From Vampirovibrionales bacterium (lineage in GTDB: Bacteria; Cyanobacteriota; Vampirovibrionia; Vampirovibrionales; JAJTHC01), in assembly GCA_044348005.1 (NCBI GenBank), contig JBIKTR010000004.1, forward strand, positions 715-64,714: a stretch of 64,000 bases of DNA, given 5' to 3'. Below, piece after piece: positions 44,197 through 53,488 of this stretch. How positions within the stretch are numbered: the first letter of the stretch is position 1; each line of letters opens with the position of its first letter. Position numbers and translations under genes: made by a program. The notes under the pieces are model-generated. The model was given only the letters and a program-made list of their open reading frames with translations, was not told the origin of the DNA and did no database searches.

Positions 44197-44270
44197 CCTT
44201 GTGAGTTTGCGTGCATGCCATTTTATTATAGGTCAAACATAGCGGTTTAATGCAACTCATCTCAGAAGAG

Positions 44271-45014
44271 TTATCCCTTGTTTCGAGACGTTTGGTATTT
44301 TAAAGGCAAGGGCGGAAAAGGGAACGGATTTTGTCGCACAGGCGGAAACACCCCAAAGCCTTTAAAAAAGTTTTGTTCCCGCAGGCGTTCATTATAAGGT
44401 TGGGTTACAATGAACCCCCCACGATTAGGTAAGCCCGGATTCAGCGGAAATTGCGCAAGGGTTGGCTGACCCGCACCGTAAAACAGGCTAGAATACGGCT
44501 GAAAAGGGTTGGCTGGGGTATAAAAAGGCGCTAAATTACCGATCGCTGCAAAGTGAAGCGCTTCAGCGCCTACGGTGGGTAGGCTAGGAAAGGCGACGCC
44601 CGTGTTGGGGTTTTGTTCGAGTTGCACGGGGACTTTGACGTCTTGACCGTAGGTTGGGTTGTTGAGTATGTTGTAAAAGGTATCCATGGGGACGCTGAGA
44701 AAATCAAAACTGCTGTTGGTCGCAGGGTTAAACAATTTACTAGGGAAGATTTGTTCCATCAATCCGGGGGCAAAGCTTGAACCCATGTTGTCCACCACTT
44801 TGCCCATGACTTTGTGCAAGCGCTTGGGATCATAAAACGAACTATAGCTCAAGGTGCTGTTGCTCATGTCTAAGGCGGCGGCGTTATAAACGGCAATGTC
44901 TTGTTGCCATTTGGGAAGGGCGGGATTGATTTTTGAAACAGCTTGGTTGAAGTCGTTGTCCAGCCCCGTCAGAGGGCCTAATTGAATGCGAAACCCGTTG
45001 TTGAAGTTCACCAT
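44271..45014 (-). CDS. Asn/Pro/Phe-rich low-complexity hypothetical protein
   Basis: 247-aa ORF with no signal peptide or motif. It shares the LFNPAT(N/S)xS motif with the 46615-46959 product. Confidence 0.45.
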   Translation of the reverse strand: MVNFNNGFRIQLGPLTGLDNDFNQAVSKINPALPKWQQDIAVYNAAALDMSNSTLSYSSFYDPKRLHKVMGKVVDNMGSSFAPGLMEQIFPSKLFNPATNSSFDFLSVPMDTFYNILNNPTYGQDVKVPVQLEQNPNTGVAFPSLPTVGAEALHFAAIGNLAPFYTPANPFQPYSSLFYGAGQPTLAQFPLNPGLPNRGGFIVTQPYNERLREQNFFKGFGVFPPVRQNPFPFPPLPLKYQTSRNKG

Positions 45015-45122
45015 GCGCGTATCTCCTTTTATGAAGGAGCTTCGACCGTGGGCGGGGTGCAGTTGAACGCTTGTTACAACTTGTGAGAATCGACTTGTTT
45101 TGGATTACGTGTTTTATTTCAC

Positions 45123-46001
45123 TTAATTAAGGTGTTCCTGTAGTTTCGTATAAATATCACTTAATTCTACGAATTGTGTTGCAGTACTGCTATCACCAGA
45201 TGTGTCAGGATGTAACTTCATAGACAAATTACGATAAGCAGATTTTAACTCCGCTTTTGTTGGGTTTTCGCCTAAGGGAGTTATGCCATGTTGATTTGCC
45301 AAAGCATTAAAACCTTGAATCAGTGAAGTTTTGGGTGGAGGACCCCAAAAGGTGGTGTTGGCACCAGAAGCACCGCTGGTGGAAGACTGCGAAGAGTAAC
45401 GTGAATCCCTAGCTTCTCTAGCTTGCTTTTTTTGGGCTTGTTTTAACCGTTCTTCAAAATCCCGTTTCCATTGTGTATAAGCTTCCTCTCTTCTTTTAGC
45501 TTCAGCTTCAGCCTGTCTTCTCGCTTGAGTTGATGTTCCTCCTGAAGAATTTCCCCAAGGGTCTTGTTGAGGCTCATCCGTTGAATAAGTTGTCCATGTC
45601 CTTGTTTTGCTGTAATGAGAAGAACCAGGTTTCTCGTTCCAGGCTTCTTCCCAAAGCTCTTCAACGGTTTTTTCGGCTTTTGCTTCTGCCTTTTTTCGCG
45701 CTTCTTCGGTTTTTCGCCGAAGTGCCGCTTCAGCCTTACGACGCGCTTTTTTGGCTTCGGCTTCCGCTAGTTTTTCAGCTTCTTCGGCTTCTTTTAAGAC
45801 TTGCTTATGCGCTTTAAATCCCACAACGGCAAGCGTCCCAAGTAAAAGTACACTTAAGGCAACCGTAACGGGAACCACCCAAGACTGGGTTGGTTTGTTG
45901 ATTTGTTTAGTGGTGGGGTGGGGTGGGGTGGGGTGGGATGGGTTGAGTTGAGTTGGCAACAAAGACTTTGCCGGCACAGGACTTTGCGCGGGCAAGTGCA
46001 T
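45123..46001 (-). CDS. membrane-anchored J-domain protein with a charged coiled coil
   Basis: C-terminal J domain KAELKSAYRNLSMKLHPDTSGD (HPD), a TM helix WVVPVTVALSVLLLGTLAVVGF and an EAEKLAEAEAKKARRKAEAALRRK coil. The start is uncertain: the ATG at 46001 is preferred to the track start at 46184. Confidence 0.6.
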   Translation of the reverse strand: MHLPAQSPVPAKSLLPTQLNPSHPTPPHPTTKQINKPTQSWVVPVTVALSVLLLGTLAVVGFKAHKQVLKEAEEAEKLAEAEAKKARRKAEAALRRKTEEARKKAEAKAEKTVEELWEEAWNEKPGSSHYSKTRTWTTYSTDEPQQDPWGNSSGGTSTQARRQAEAEAKRREEAYTQWKRDFEERLKQAQKKQAREARDSRYSSQSSTSGASGANTTFWGPPPKTSLIQGFNALANQHGITPLGENPTKAELKSAYRNLSMKLHPDTSGDSSTATQFVELSDIYTKLQEHLN

Positions 46002-46614
46002 TATTTTAGGCGGTGCTATTATTCCAGTAGACACAGACACGACAGAACCTTTCACATGCCTTTTACGGCATTGACATCTAATTAATAGCACAAAAACAAC
46101 GTCAAGCCTTTTTTGTGCGGGGTCGATTAAAGGTAAAGGTCTCAAGTGTTCCCTGTGTGTTTTGTAACGTTTTATTAAAAACAAGGTAAAAATGTAAAAA
46201 AGCGTTTTTCAATAGGGCTTGACGTGCTTATATAGAAGGGTATCTTTGATTTTTGCGATTCAACCTTATTGTAGGCTATAAAAGGAATCATTTTAATGCG
46301 TCTCTCATCTTCCGCACCTTTTACCCCCCCCCCCGCTACACAAGTAGTAAATAATAACACTCAACGCAGTGGAACGGCTCCTTTGTTAGGATGGCTTTCA
46401 TGGGTATCGACGAGGTCTGCTCAACAAGAAGCTCTTACAGATTCTAGAACATTACGCGCTTTACGAACATTTTTTCAAGCGGTGCGAAACAACCTAAAAC
46501 CCTAGACACAAACAAACGGCCCCAGCGATCCTAAAAGGTGCGCAGAGGCCGTTGGTGCATCGTGAGGGCGTCGTCGTTGTCGCCCCCCGCTTAGACTGTC
46601 TGTATTTAGTGGGC

Positions 46615-46959
46615 TTATCCTCGGTTTTGACTTCCTTGTCCACCTGGGTTATTTCCACCAAATGAACTACCCCCACCAGAAGAGCTTGTGCTTAAAAAAG
46701 ACGTAGGCGCTGATGCACTAAAAATCGATGTATTAGTAGCTTGCACGGGGCTAAGTCCTGAATAAAGGCTGGTTTGAGTAGGGCTAAAAGTTGAAGCCAC
46801 CGCTGCTAAGGTCGAAGGCGATGGAGAATATGCAGGCTGTGAAAAAAGAGAGGCTTGTCGTTCTAATGCTCGTGTATCTTGTAGAACTTGATTGCTCTGA
46901 CCACTTGGGTAAGCAGTAAAGCCACTAATTGAAGTCGCTGGATTAAACAAAAATGTCAT
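46615..46959 (-). CDS. Ser/Thr/Gly-rich low-complexity hypothetical protein
   Basis: 114-aa ORF with N-terminal MTFLFNPATSISGF and a C-terminal GGGSSFGGNNPGGQGSQ tail. Confidence 0.4.
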   Translation of the reverse strand: MTFLFNPATSISGFTAYPSGQSNQVLQDTRALERQASLFSQPAYSPSPSTLAAVASTFSPTQTSLYSGLSPVQATNTSIFSASAPTSFLSTSSSGGGSSFGGNNPGGQGSQNRG

Positions 46960-47072
46960 AATATGGATGTCCTATGTGTGTGGGTGATGTGCCTAAACTC
47001 TATCTTTACGGCAGCGACCGAAGGAAGCCGTCCGTATTAGTATTAAGGATTTTAAAAACAAACATTGTGCCA

Positions 47073-47094
47073 GTTGTAACAAAACTGTTACAAC
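47073..47094 (-). terminator. intrinsic terminator at the end of the hemN-yciI unit
   Basis: 8-bp stem GTTGTAAC/GTTACAAC with a 6-nt loop, overlapping the stop codon. On the minus strand it is followed by TGTTTGTTTTT. Confidence 0.5.
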
Positions 47095-47396
47095 GCAAAC
47101 AGCGGAGGAATCACTCCCTTATGCACCGTCACCCTTTCCCACACGCCAAAACGTACATACGCTTCGGCGTCTAAATAGGTTTGCACCGCTTGGTAAGCGT
47201 CTGCTTCAAGCACCACCAACGAACCGATGGCCGCTGTGCCAGCGTCGTTTTGCAACGCCACTGCAAGCTTTACCAAGCCCGCATTTTTCGCCACCTGCAA
47301 CGCCACGAGATGTTCAGGGCGGGCGTTCAGCCTGCGTTGAGGGGCGTCGGTGTCGGTGGCGTCGTACGCAATCACCACATAGGTTTCTTTGGGCAT
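47088..47396 (-). CDS. YciI-like protein
   Basis: MPKETYVVIAYDATDTDAPQRRLNARPEHL...VVLEADAYQAVQTYLDAEAYVRFGVWE. About 100 aa with the YciI-like pattern. The ATG at 47396 is preferred to the extended track ORF. Confidence 0.6.
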   Translation of the reverse strand: MPKETYVVIAYDATDTDAPQRRLNARPEHLVALQVAKNAGLVKLAVALQNDAGTAAIGSLVVLEADAYQAVQTYLDAEAYVRFGVWERVTVHKGVIPPLFAL

Positions 47397-47409
47397 GGGG
47401 TAAGCGTCC

Positions 47410-48837
47410 TTATAAGGTTTTACTGAACAACGGTTTCTGCGTTCCTGCGATCTGCCCGTGCAAGTAAGCGTCAAAGGGCATGGCAATGTTTCGACTAAAA
47501 ATACGCCCCAAGGGACTAAACTCAATGCGACGGTGTTTAATCGTCAACAAACCGTCGGCTTCTAAAGGCTTTAGGGCGTTAAGGGCTTCGGCGAAATGGG
47601 TTTCAAAGTGAATGCCAAACCGCGCGTCGATGCTCGCAAAATCCAAGCGGTTTTGACACATCAGTTGCATAATCACCGCTTGACGTAATAAATCATCGTC
47701 ACTCAAGGCATAGCCCCGCCATGTGGGGAGCGTCCCCGAGCTGATCGCCGCTTCATACTGCGACAATTTCTTGACGTTTTGGCTATAATGCCCCTTCCAA
47801 CTGCTAATGGCACTTAGGCCCAAGCCCACCAGTTCCGCTTGGCCAGCGCGCACGGTGTAGCCCATAAAATTACGATGCAAACTGTCTTCTTCCCACGCAC
47901 GAGCCATTTCATCATCGGGCTTGGCGTAGTGATCCATGCCGATGTAGACGTAACCGGCTTCTAAAAATTGCTTGGTGGCTTGGCGAAAAATGGCGTATTT
48001 TTCGGTGCCTTTGGGCATCGCCTCTTGATTCATGTAGCTTTGCCATGGGGCCATCCACGGCACGTGGGCATAATTGTAAACGGCCAGCCTGTCAGGATTT
48101 AAACGAATAATGGTGGCCACCGTTTCATAAAAGCTTTGCGCGCTTTGATGAGGCAACCCGTAGATGAGATCCACATTCACGCCTTCAAAGCCCACGGCAC
48201 GCGCCGATTCAATCAGCGCTTGGGTTTCTTCCACCGATTGCACACGGGCAATGGCGGCTTGCACGGTGGGGTCAACATCTTGCACGCCCAGGGAAATGCG
48301 ATTAAACCCGAGTTGAGCCAAGGTGCTTAGGTGTTCGGCGGTGGTCACACGAGGGTCGGCTTCTAGGCTAATTTCAGCGTCGGGGTGGAAGGTGAAATGC
48401 TGGTTGATTTTGCGCCACAAGCGTTCAAGCTGTTGGGGGCTTAGGTAGGTGGGGGTGCCTCCGCCCAAGTGAAACTGCATGACGGGGCGGGAAAGTTCTA
48501 GGTGAGGCACCAGTAACTCAATTTCTTGAAACAGGAGTTCGAGATATTTTTCAGCATGTTGGGTTTGCTTGGTAATCACCACATTACAGGCGCAAAAATG
48601 GCAACGACTTTCACAAAACGGCAGGTGAATATACAGCGAATACGGCAAAGCAGGGTGCTGATGCACAGGAGCATTCAAGCGTTCAAGCAGGGCAGGGGCG
48701 TTGAAGGCGTCTTGCCAGACGGGGGCGGTGGGGTAGCTGGTGTAACGGGGCCCTGAAAGATTGTAGCGTTCAAGCAAGGCGTCTTCAACGCCCGTGTGTT
48801 GAAGAAAGAGTTCATTAAAGGCGAGTTGTCGGGTCAT
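47410..48837 (-). CDS. hemN: oxygen-independent coproporphyrinogen III oxidase (radical SAM)
   Basis: YIHLPFCESRCHFCACN (CxxxCxxC) and GGGTPTYL. 475 aa. Confidence 0.85.
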   Translation of the reverse strand: MTRQLAFNELFLQHTGVEDALLERYNLSGPRYTSYPTAPVWQDAFNAPALLERLNAPVHQHPALPYSLYIHLPFCESRCHFCACNVVITKQTQHAEKYLELLFQEIELLVPHLELSRPVMQFHLGGGTPTYLSPQQLERLWRKINQHFTFHPDAEISLEADPRVTTAEHLSTLAQLGFNRISLGVQDVDPTVQAAIARVQSVEETQALIESARAVGFEGVNVDLIYGLPHQSAQSFYETVATIIRLNPDRLAVYNYAHVPWMAPWQSYMNQEAMPKGTEKYAIFRQATKQFLEAGYVYIGMDHYAKPDDEMARAWEEDSLHRNFMGYTVRAGQAELVGLGLSAISSWKGHYSQNVKKLSQYEAAISSGTLPTWRGYALSDDDLLRQAVIMQLMCQNRLDFASIDARFGIHFETHFAEALNALKPLEADGLLTIKHRRIEFSPLGRIFSRNIAMPFDAYLHGQIAGTQKPLFSKTL

Positions 48838-49066
48838 GGGTGTTCCTTAAGGGGGGGGCAAGTAAACGGTTCGCCCTAATGCAGTATACCCAAAACCCCC
48901 TTAAAATGAAAAGGGGGGCTAAGCACTTAGTATTTGTTGGAATCTCCACATTTCTACACGTTTTAATGCAATAACCCCTTTCTGTTCATGTTTGGGGCGT
49001 TGAATCCTGTGTAAAACACTAAAAATAAGCTAAAAATATCAAGGGCTTTGGTTTTGTGTGGGGGTG

Positions 49067-49095
49067 TTGACAGCAGGAATACTTTGTCTTAAACT
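49067..49095 (+). promoter_or_regulatory. sigma70-type promoter upstream of the 49153 ORF
   Basis: TTGACA (49067-49072), a 17-nt spacer and TAAACT (49090-49095). Confidence 0.45.
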
Positions 49096-49152
49096 TTAGA
49101 GTGAAACGCTTTTTTATTTCTCTCCTCCTACTCAACTATAAAGGTATGATTT

Positions 49153-49707
49153 ATGCACCTCACTTTCTCTCCCTCACGCCCTTCGATCTCTTTCGCGACC
49201 CTTCAGCCCAGCCTTACCCCACCAAACACCAAAACGAATAGTCCCGTGAAGCAGGCTTCACTGCAACGTCAGGGGTTTACTGTTGAACAATTGCGACTTT
49301 CATCTGAAAAACTCGTAGAAGCAATAAACCCAAATGACTTAGAAACATTAACTCGGCTAAGAAATGAAGTTGAAGCGAATCTGTTTTTTCTAAGCCCATA
49401 TTTTAGAAGTAAACTGACTCAACTTCTGCAAGAAACCCTTCAAGCACAGAAAAGAAATCAAAACATTTGGACTATCTTTTGGAACTCTTTCACTACAATT
49501 TTTGAAGGCCTAGACTTCCCTAATTCCAATGTCACAAACCCTAATTACGTCAAAAATCAGGTAAAGACTGTCTTTGAAAGTTTAGCGGAAGCCAAATTTC
49601 AACTTCCACCTGATGAGGGGCTAAATCAGTTGCATAGCCTTTGGACTAAACTCTTACGTCTGATTGACAATAAAATCACTCAGATTAACTCTGCCGCTTC
49701 TACCTAG
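49153..49707 (+). CDS. hypothetical protein
   Basis: 184-aa ORF with its own promoter-like element. Helical, with no motif recognised. Confidence 0.45.
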   Translation: MHLTFSPSRPSISFATLQPSLTPPNTKTNSPVKQASLQRQGFTVEQLRLSSEKLVEAINPNDLETLTRLRNEVEANLFFLSPYFRSKLTQLLQETLQAQKRNQNIWTIFWNSFTTIFEGLDFPNSNVTNPNYVKNQVKTVFESLAEAKFQLPPDEGLNQLHSLWTKLLRLIDNKITQINSAAST

Positions 49708-49768
49708 ACTTACGTGCGTTTGTGCTACAGTAATGCCTGTACCCCCTTCAAGAAAGGAATCCCCACGC

Positions 49769-51130
49769 ATGACGCACGAAGTCTCCATCATCGGCGCTGG
49801 TTTGGCTGGCACAGAAGCCGCCTTACAGCTGGCTAATCAAGGCGTTCAAGTTCGCTTGCATGATTTAAAACCCACGCAACGCTCACCCGCGCACCATAGC
49901 AATAATTTGGCGGAAATTGTCTGTTCCAACAGTTTTGGTTCCATGGGCGAAAGTGCCAGCGGTTTACTCAAGCTCGAACTAAGACGCTTGGGTGCGCAAT
50001 TGATTGAAATCGCCACCGCGTGTGCGGTGCCAGCCGGCCAAGCCCTCGCGGTGGATCGTGAACGCTTTGCCGAATGCGTCACCCAGCGAATTCATCAACA
50101 CCCTAACATTACCTTTGTCTCGGGAGATGTCACCGAAATCCCTAGCGATACGCCCTACACGCTGATTGCCACGGGGCCGTTGACGTCTGAAGGCTTAACC
50201 GCCAGCTTGGGGCGCCTGCTGAACCGGCAAAACCTCTACTTTTTTGACGCGGCGGCCCCCATCCTCACCCAAGAATCCATCAATATGGCCATTGCCTTTA
50301 AGGCGGATCGTTATAATAAAACACACGCTGAAGCGGCGTCTTACATTAACTGCCCCATGAATAAGGAGGAATACGAACGGCTCATTGCCTTTATCAATCA
50401 GGCCGAACGCACGGAAATGAAGGCCTTTGAAGAAGAAGCCATGCAAAAAACCAAGTTCTTTGAAAGTTGCATGCCCATTGAAGAATTGGCGCGTCGTGGG
50501 GTAGAAACCCCCCGCTTTGGCCCGATGAAACCTGTTGGGCTTGATGATCCTCGCACGGGGCGCTGGCCTTATGCCGTGGTGCAACTCCGGCAGGACAACG
50601 CCAGTGGAACACTTTACAACATGGTGGGCTTTCAAACCAACCTCAAGTGGGGTGCCCAAAAAGAAATGATTCAGCTCATTCCGGGGCTAGAATCGGCCGA
50701 TGTGGTTCGTTACGGGGTCATGCACCGCAACACCTTCTTACATAGCCCTGAAATCCTTTGCCCCACCTTACAAATGAAACAGCATCCGCATATTTTGGTG
50801 GCGGGGCAGTTGACAGGCACCGAAGGGTATACGGAAAGTGTCGCCACAGGGCTGGTGGCGGGTTTAACTATTGCACGTCTCTTAAAAGGGCAAGCCCCGC
50901 TACGCCTGCCTGCTGAAACGATGATTGGGGCCTTGTTGCAGTACATCACCCGTGAAGAAGCCATTGGCCAAGCCTTTCAGCCGATCAACAGTAATTGGGG
51001 CATTTTACCCGCGTGGGAAGAACGCCTGAAAGACAAAAAAGAACGTGCCAAGCGGCACATCACCCGAAGCCTCAGTGCTTTAGAAGCCTTTTTGGCCCAA
51101 GAATCGCTTGAGCTGGCAAGAAACGTTTAA
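49769..51130 (+). CDS. trmFO: methylenetetrahydrofolate--tRNA-(uracil54-C5)-methyltransferase
   Basis: FAD fold VSIIGAGLAGTEAALQLA and the GQLTGTEGYTES box. The ATG at 49769 follows AAGGAA. Confidence 0.85.
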   Translation: MTHEVSIIGAGLAGTEAALQLANQGVQVRLHDLKPTQRSPAHHSNNLAEIVCSNSFGSMGESASGLLKLELRRLGAQLIEIATACAVPAGQALAVDRERFAECVTQRIHQHPNITFVSGDVTEIPSDTPYTLIATGPLTSEGLTASLGRLLNRQNLYFFDAAAPILTQESINMAIAFKADRYNKTHAEAASYINCPMNKEEYERLIAFINQAERTEMKAFEEEAMQKTKFFESCMPIEELARRGVETPRFGPMKPVGLDDPRTGRWPYAVVQLRQDNASGTLYNMVGFQTNLKWGAQKEMIQLIPGLESADVVRYGVMHRNTFLHSPEILCPTLQMKQHPHILVAGQLTGTEGYTESVATGLVAGLTIARLLKGQAPLRLPAETMIGALLQYITREEAIGQAFQPINSNWGILPAWEERLKDKKERAKRHITRSLSALEAFLAQESLELARNV

Positions 51131-51142
51131 TCAGGGAATCCT

Positions 51143-51676
51143 ATGCCACAAACGCCGTTAATTTCTGTTGAACTCTTGTGTGTGGGCAAGCTCAAAGGCG
51201 CACAACATGCGTATTTACAAGAAGGCTTTGCTCAATATGCGGAGCGACTCAAGCCGTATTGTAAGCTCATCGTCAGCGAATTGCCTGATGAAAAAATCAA
51301 GCCCAGCCACACCACGCAAGCCATTCAAGCCCTTGAAGGCGATCGCCTACTAAAGTATTTAGACGCGCACCCCGCCTATGTGGTGGTACTCACTGAACAT
51401 GCCAAACCCTTGGATTCCCCCCAGTTTGCCAAAGCCTTTGCCCAGCGACACCCTGGCTTAAACAGTCTCAGTCAAGGCAAGCACAGTGGGGAACGTGCGC
51501 ATCTTATTTTTGTGGTAGGCGGTGCCACAGGCTTAAGCGCTCAGGTGCTGGCGCGGGCCGATTGGTGCGTGTCACTTAGTGCGATGACGTTTCCGCATTT
51601 AATGGTGCGTTTGTTGTGGGTGGAACAGCTTTTTCGGGCGTTTCGTATTTTAAATCATGAACCGTATCACAAATAA
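51143..51676 (+). CDS. rlmH: 23S rRNA (pseudouridine1915-N3)-methyltransferase
   Basis: SPOUT C-terminus FVVGGATGLS...LSLSAMTFPHLMVRLLWVEQLFRAFRILNHEPYHK. Confidence 0.85.
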   Translation: MPQTPLISVELLCVGKLKGAQHAYLQEGFAQYAERLKPYCKLIVSELPDEKIKPSHTTQAIQALEGDRLLKYLDAHPAYVVVLTEHAKPLDSPQFAKAFAQRHPGLNSLSQGKHSGERAHLIFVVGGATGLSAQVLARADWCVSLSAMTFPHLMVRLLWVEQLFRAFRILNHEPYHK

Positions 51677-51719
51677 CGCGGGTGGGTGAATTTCAAAACT
51701 CATACCATTTAAACACGCC

Positions 51720-53453
51720 TTATGCGCTTACATTCAACGGCTTTGGTGAACGCGGATGTTTTACCTTGGCCTGATGTGGCACACGAGAAGCGTCATGCGG
51801 GGGATTGACTTGCTTTTCAAGCACATATTCGGCAGGGTACATGGGGTCTTCACCCTTTTTGACATAAATATGCCCTTTTTGCGGCAAGTCTACATTGTCC
51901 GTCAAATAATGTTCACGCTTTACAATTTCCACCCCTGGGAATTGTTGTTTCAGTACTTGTTCATCGCCCGTTAAGGCTTGAATTCGCCAAGCGCCTTGGC
52001 CCAAGTACGCTCGTGCGGTTTCTTGCACATCGGCAGAACTAACGTTCATGTAGCTTTCTTGTAATTCTTCACGACTAATATGGGGCAAGCCGTCGCGTAA
52101 ACGGTTCGACGTGTTGGACAAGATGCCGTCACTGGTCGAGTCTAAATCTCGTAAAGTGTGAATGATTTTTCGTTTGACTTTGGCCAGTTCCGCTTCCGTG
52201 GGGGGGGTTTTTACATAAGTGTTCATCGCTTCTTGTTGAGCTTCAATTGCGGTGGGCAGTTTGTCTTCATCAATTTCTGCTGAAACTTCAAATTCACCAT
52301 AATGCTTGTTGGCATCCACCCCTGAAGAGGTACTATAGACCAAGCCTCGTTCGGTTCGCATGGTTTTAAATAACGAACCCGTCATGCCCCCCATGAGGTT
52401 TTTTAAAATAATAAACTTGGGGTAATCTGGGCTTCCGACTTCTGGGGCCTTCCACAAGGTGGACATATGCACGCGATCCAAGCGGTTGTCCGAAATGAGG
52501 ATGGGGGCCTTCAAGGTTTTGGGCGTGACAGGAGGGATGTGAACCATCGCTTTAGGAGGCACAATCACATCATCGCTCTTCCAGCCCTTTTCTTCAGCCA
52601 AGGCATTAAACAAAGCGGCTTGTTGACTAGGGGCTAAGCCCGAAACCATGGCAACCGTGGTGAGTTCAGGGTGGGCGTAACTGGCTTTAAATTCTTGAAT
52701 GGTTTTATGGGGGTCTAAGTCCTTGACTTCCATAATGGTTTTTAAGGTCGATTTTCCATAGGGGTGGTCGTCTCCCACTCTGGCTCGTTGCACGGTTTCG
52801 GCTTTTTGAAAATCAGGCTTATTGGAAAGGTTCAATAAGTTTTGCATCACCAACGTGCGAGACGACTCGTATTCTTTTTCATCCATTTCGGGGTTTTTTA
52901 AAAAATCTAAGCCTAAGGCCAGTAACTTTTTTTCTTGCCCACTGGGGCCATTAAGCAGTAGGGTAAAGTGATCTTGCGTGACCAAAATTTCCACTGAAAT
53001 ACCCTTGGCTTGTAAATCGGCCAATAATTCTTTTTTTGCTAAGGTGCCGTTCAATAACACGTTATTAGAAAGGTGCATTTCCCGATCATCAGGAAACATA
53101 GGCAAAATAAACTCTACCGAAGCCGTAGGACGGTTATGAACTTGTTGTAAATAGGCTTGGGTGCCATTTTTAAGTTTAGTGGGGGTCACAGGGCCTACGT
53201 CAGGATTCTTTTCCATATTCAAGGCATTGAGCGTTAAAATAGGCTTAGCCCCAAACGGTTCTTGAGCAAGTTCCTTTAACAACGCTTGTTCTTCTGGGCT
53301 ATTGGGGCGAATGTTCACGGCAGGTAAAGTCGGTAAGGCTTTTGAATCCACGACGTACTCTTCTCGTTGATGTGGCGTTGTATGAGTCCCCTGTTTCGCG
53401 TTTAGGGCAACTGGGCTATGGGTGGGTGGATTCGTGAGAATAGGAGTCATCAA
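51720..53453 (-). CDS. M16 family peptidase homologue lacking the HxxEH zinc motif (probably the non-catalytic partner)
   Basis: Its size and position match the adjacent M16 gene. No HxxEH was seen by eye. Confidence 0.55.
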   Translation of the reverse strand: MMTPILTNPPTHSPVALNAKQGTHTTPHQREEYVVDSKALPTLPAVNIRPNSPEEQALLKELAQEPFGAKPILTLNALNMEKNPDVGPVTPTKLKNGTQAYLQQVHNRPTASVEFILPMFPDDREMHLSNNVLLNGTLAKKELLADLQAKGISVEILVTQDHFTLLLNGPSGQEKKLLALGLDFLKNPEMDEKEYESSRTLVMQNLLNLSNKPDFQKAETVQRARVGDDHPYGKSTLKTIMEVKDLDPHKTIQEFKASYAHPELTTVAMVSGLAPSQQAALFNALAEEKGWKSDDVIVPPKAMVHIPPVTPKTLKAPILISDNRLDRVHMSTLWKAPEVGSPDYPKFIILKNLMGGMTGSLFKTMRTERGLVYSTSSGVDANKHYGEFEVSAEIDEDKLPTAIEAQQEAMNTYVKTPPTEAELAKVKRKIIHTLRDLDSTSDGILSNTSNRLRDGLPHISREELQESYMNVSSADVQETARAYLGQGAWRIQALTGDEQVLKQQFPGVEIVKREHYLTDNVDLPQKGHIYVKKGEDPMYPAEYVLEKQVNPPHDASRVPHQAKVKHPRSPKPLNVSA

Positions 53454-53488
53454 TACATCTTTCTTTTTTAAGCTTCAAACGTCAACAA

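Noticed and set aside
46296-46505. 69-aa ORF as a confident gene
   Set aside because: It has no ribosome-binding site or motif, and it contains a C11 tract that could equally be promoter or intergenic sequence. It is kept only as part of the homopolymer finding.
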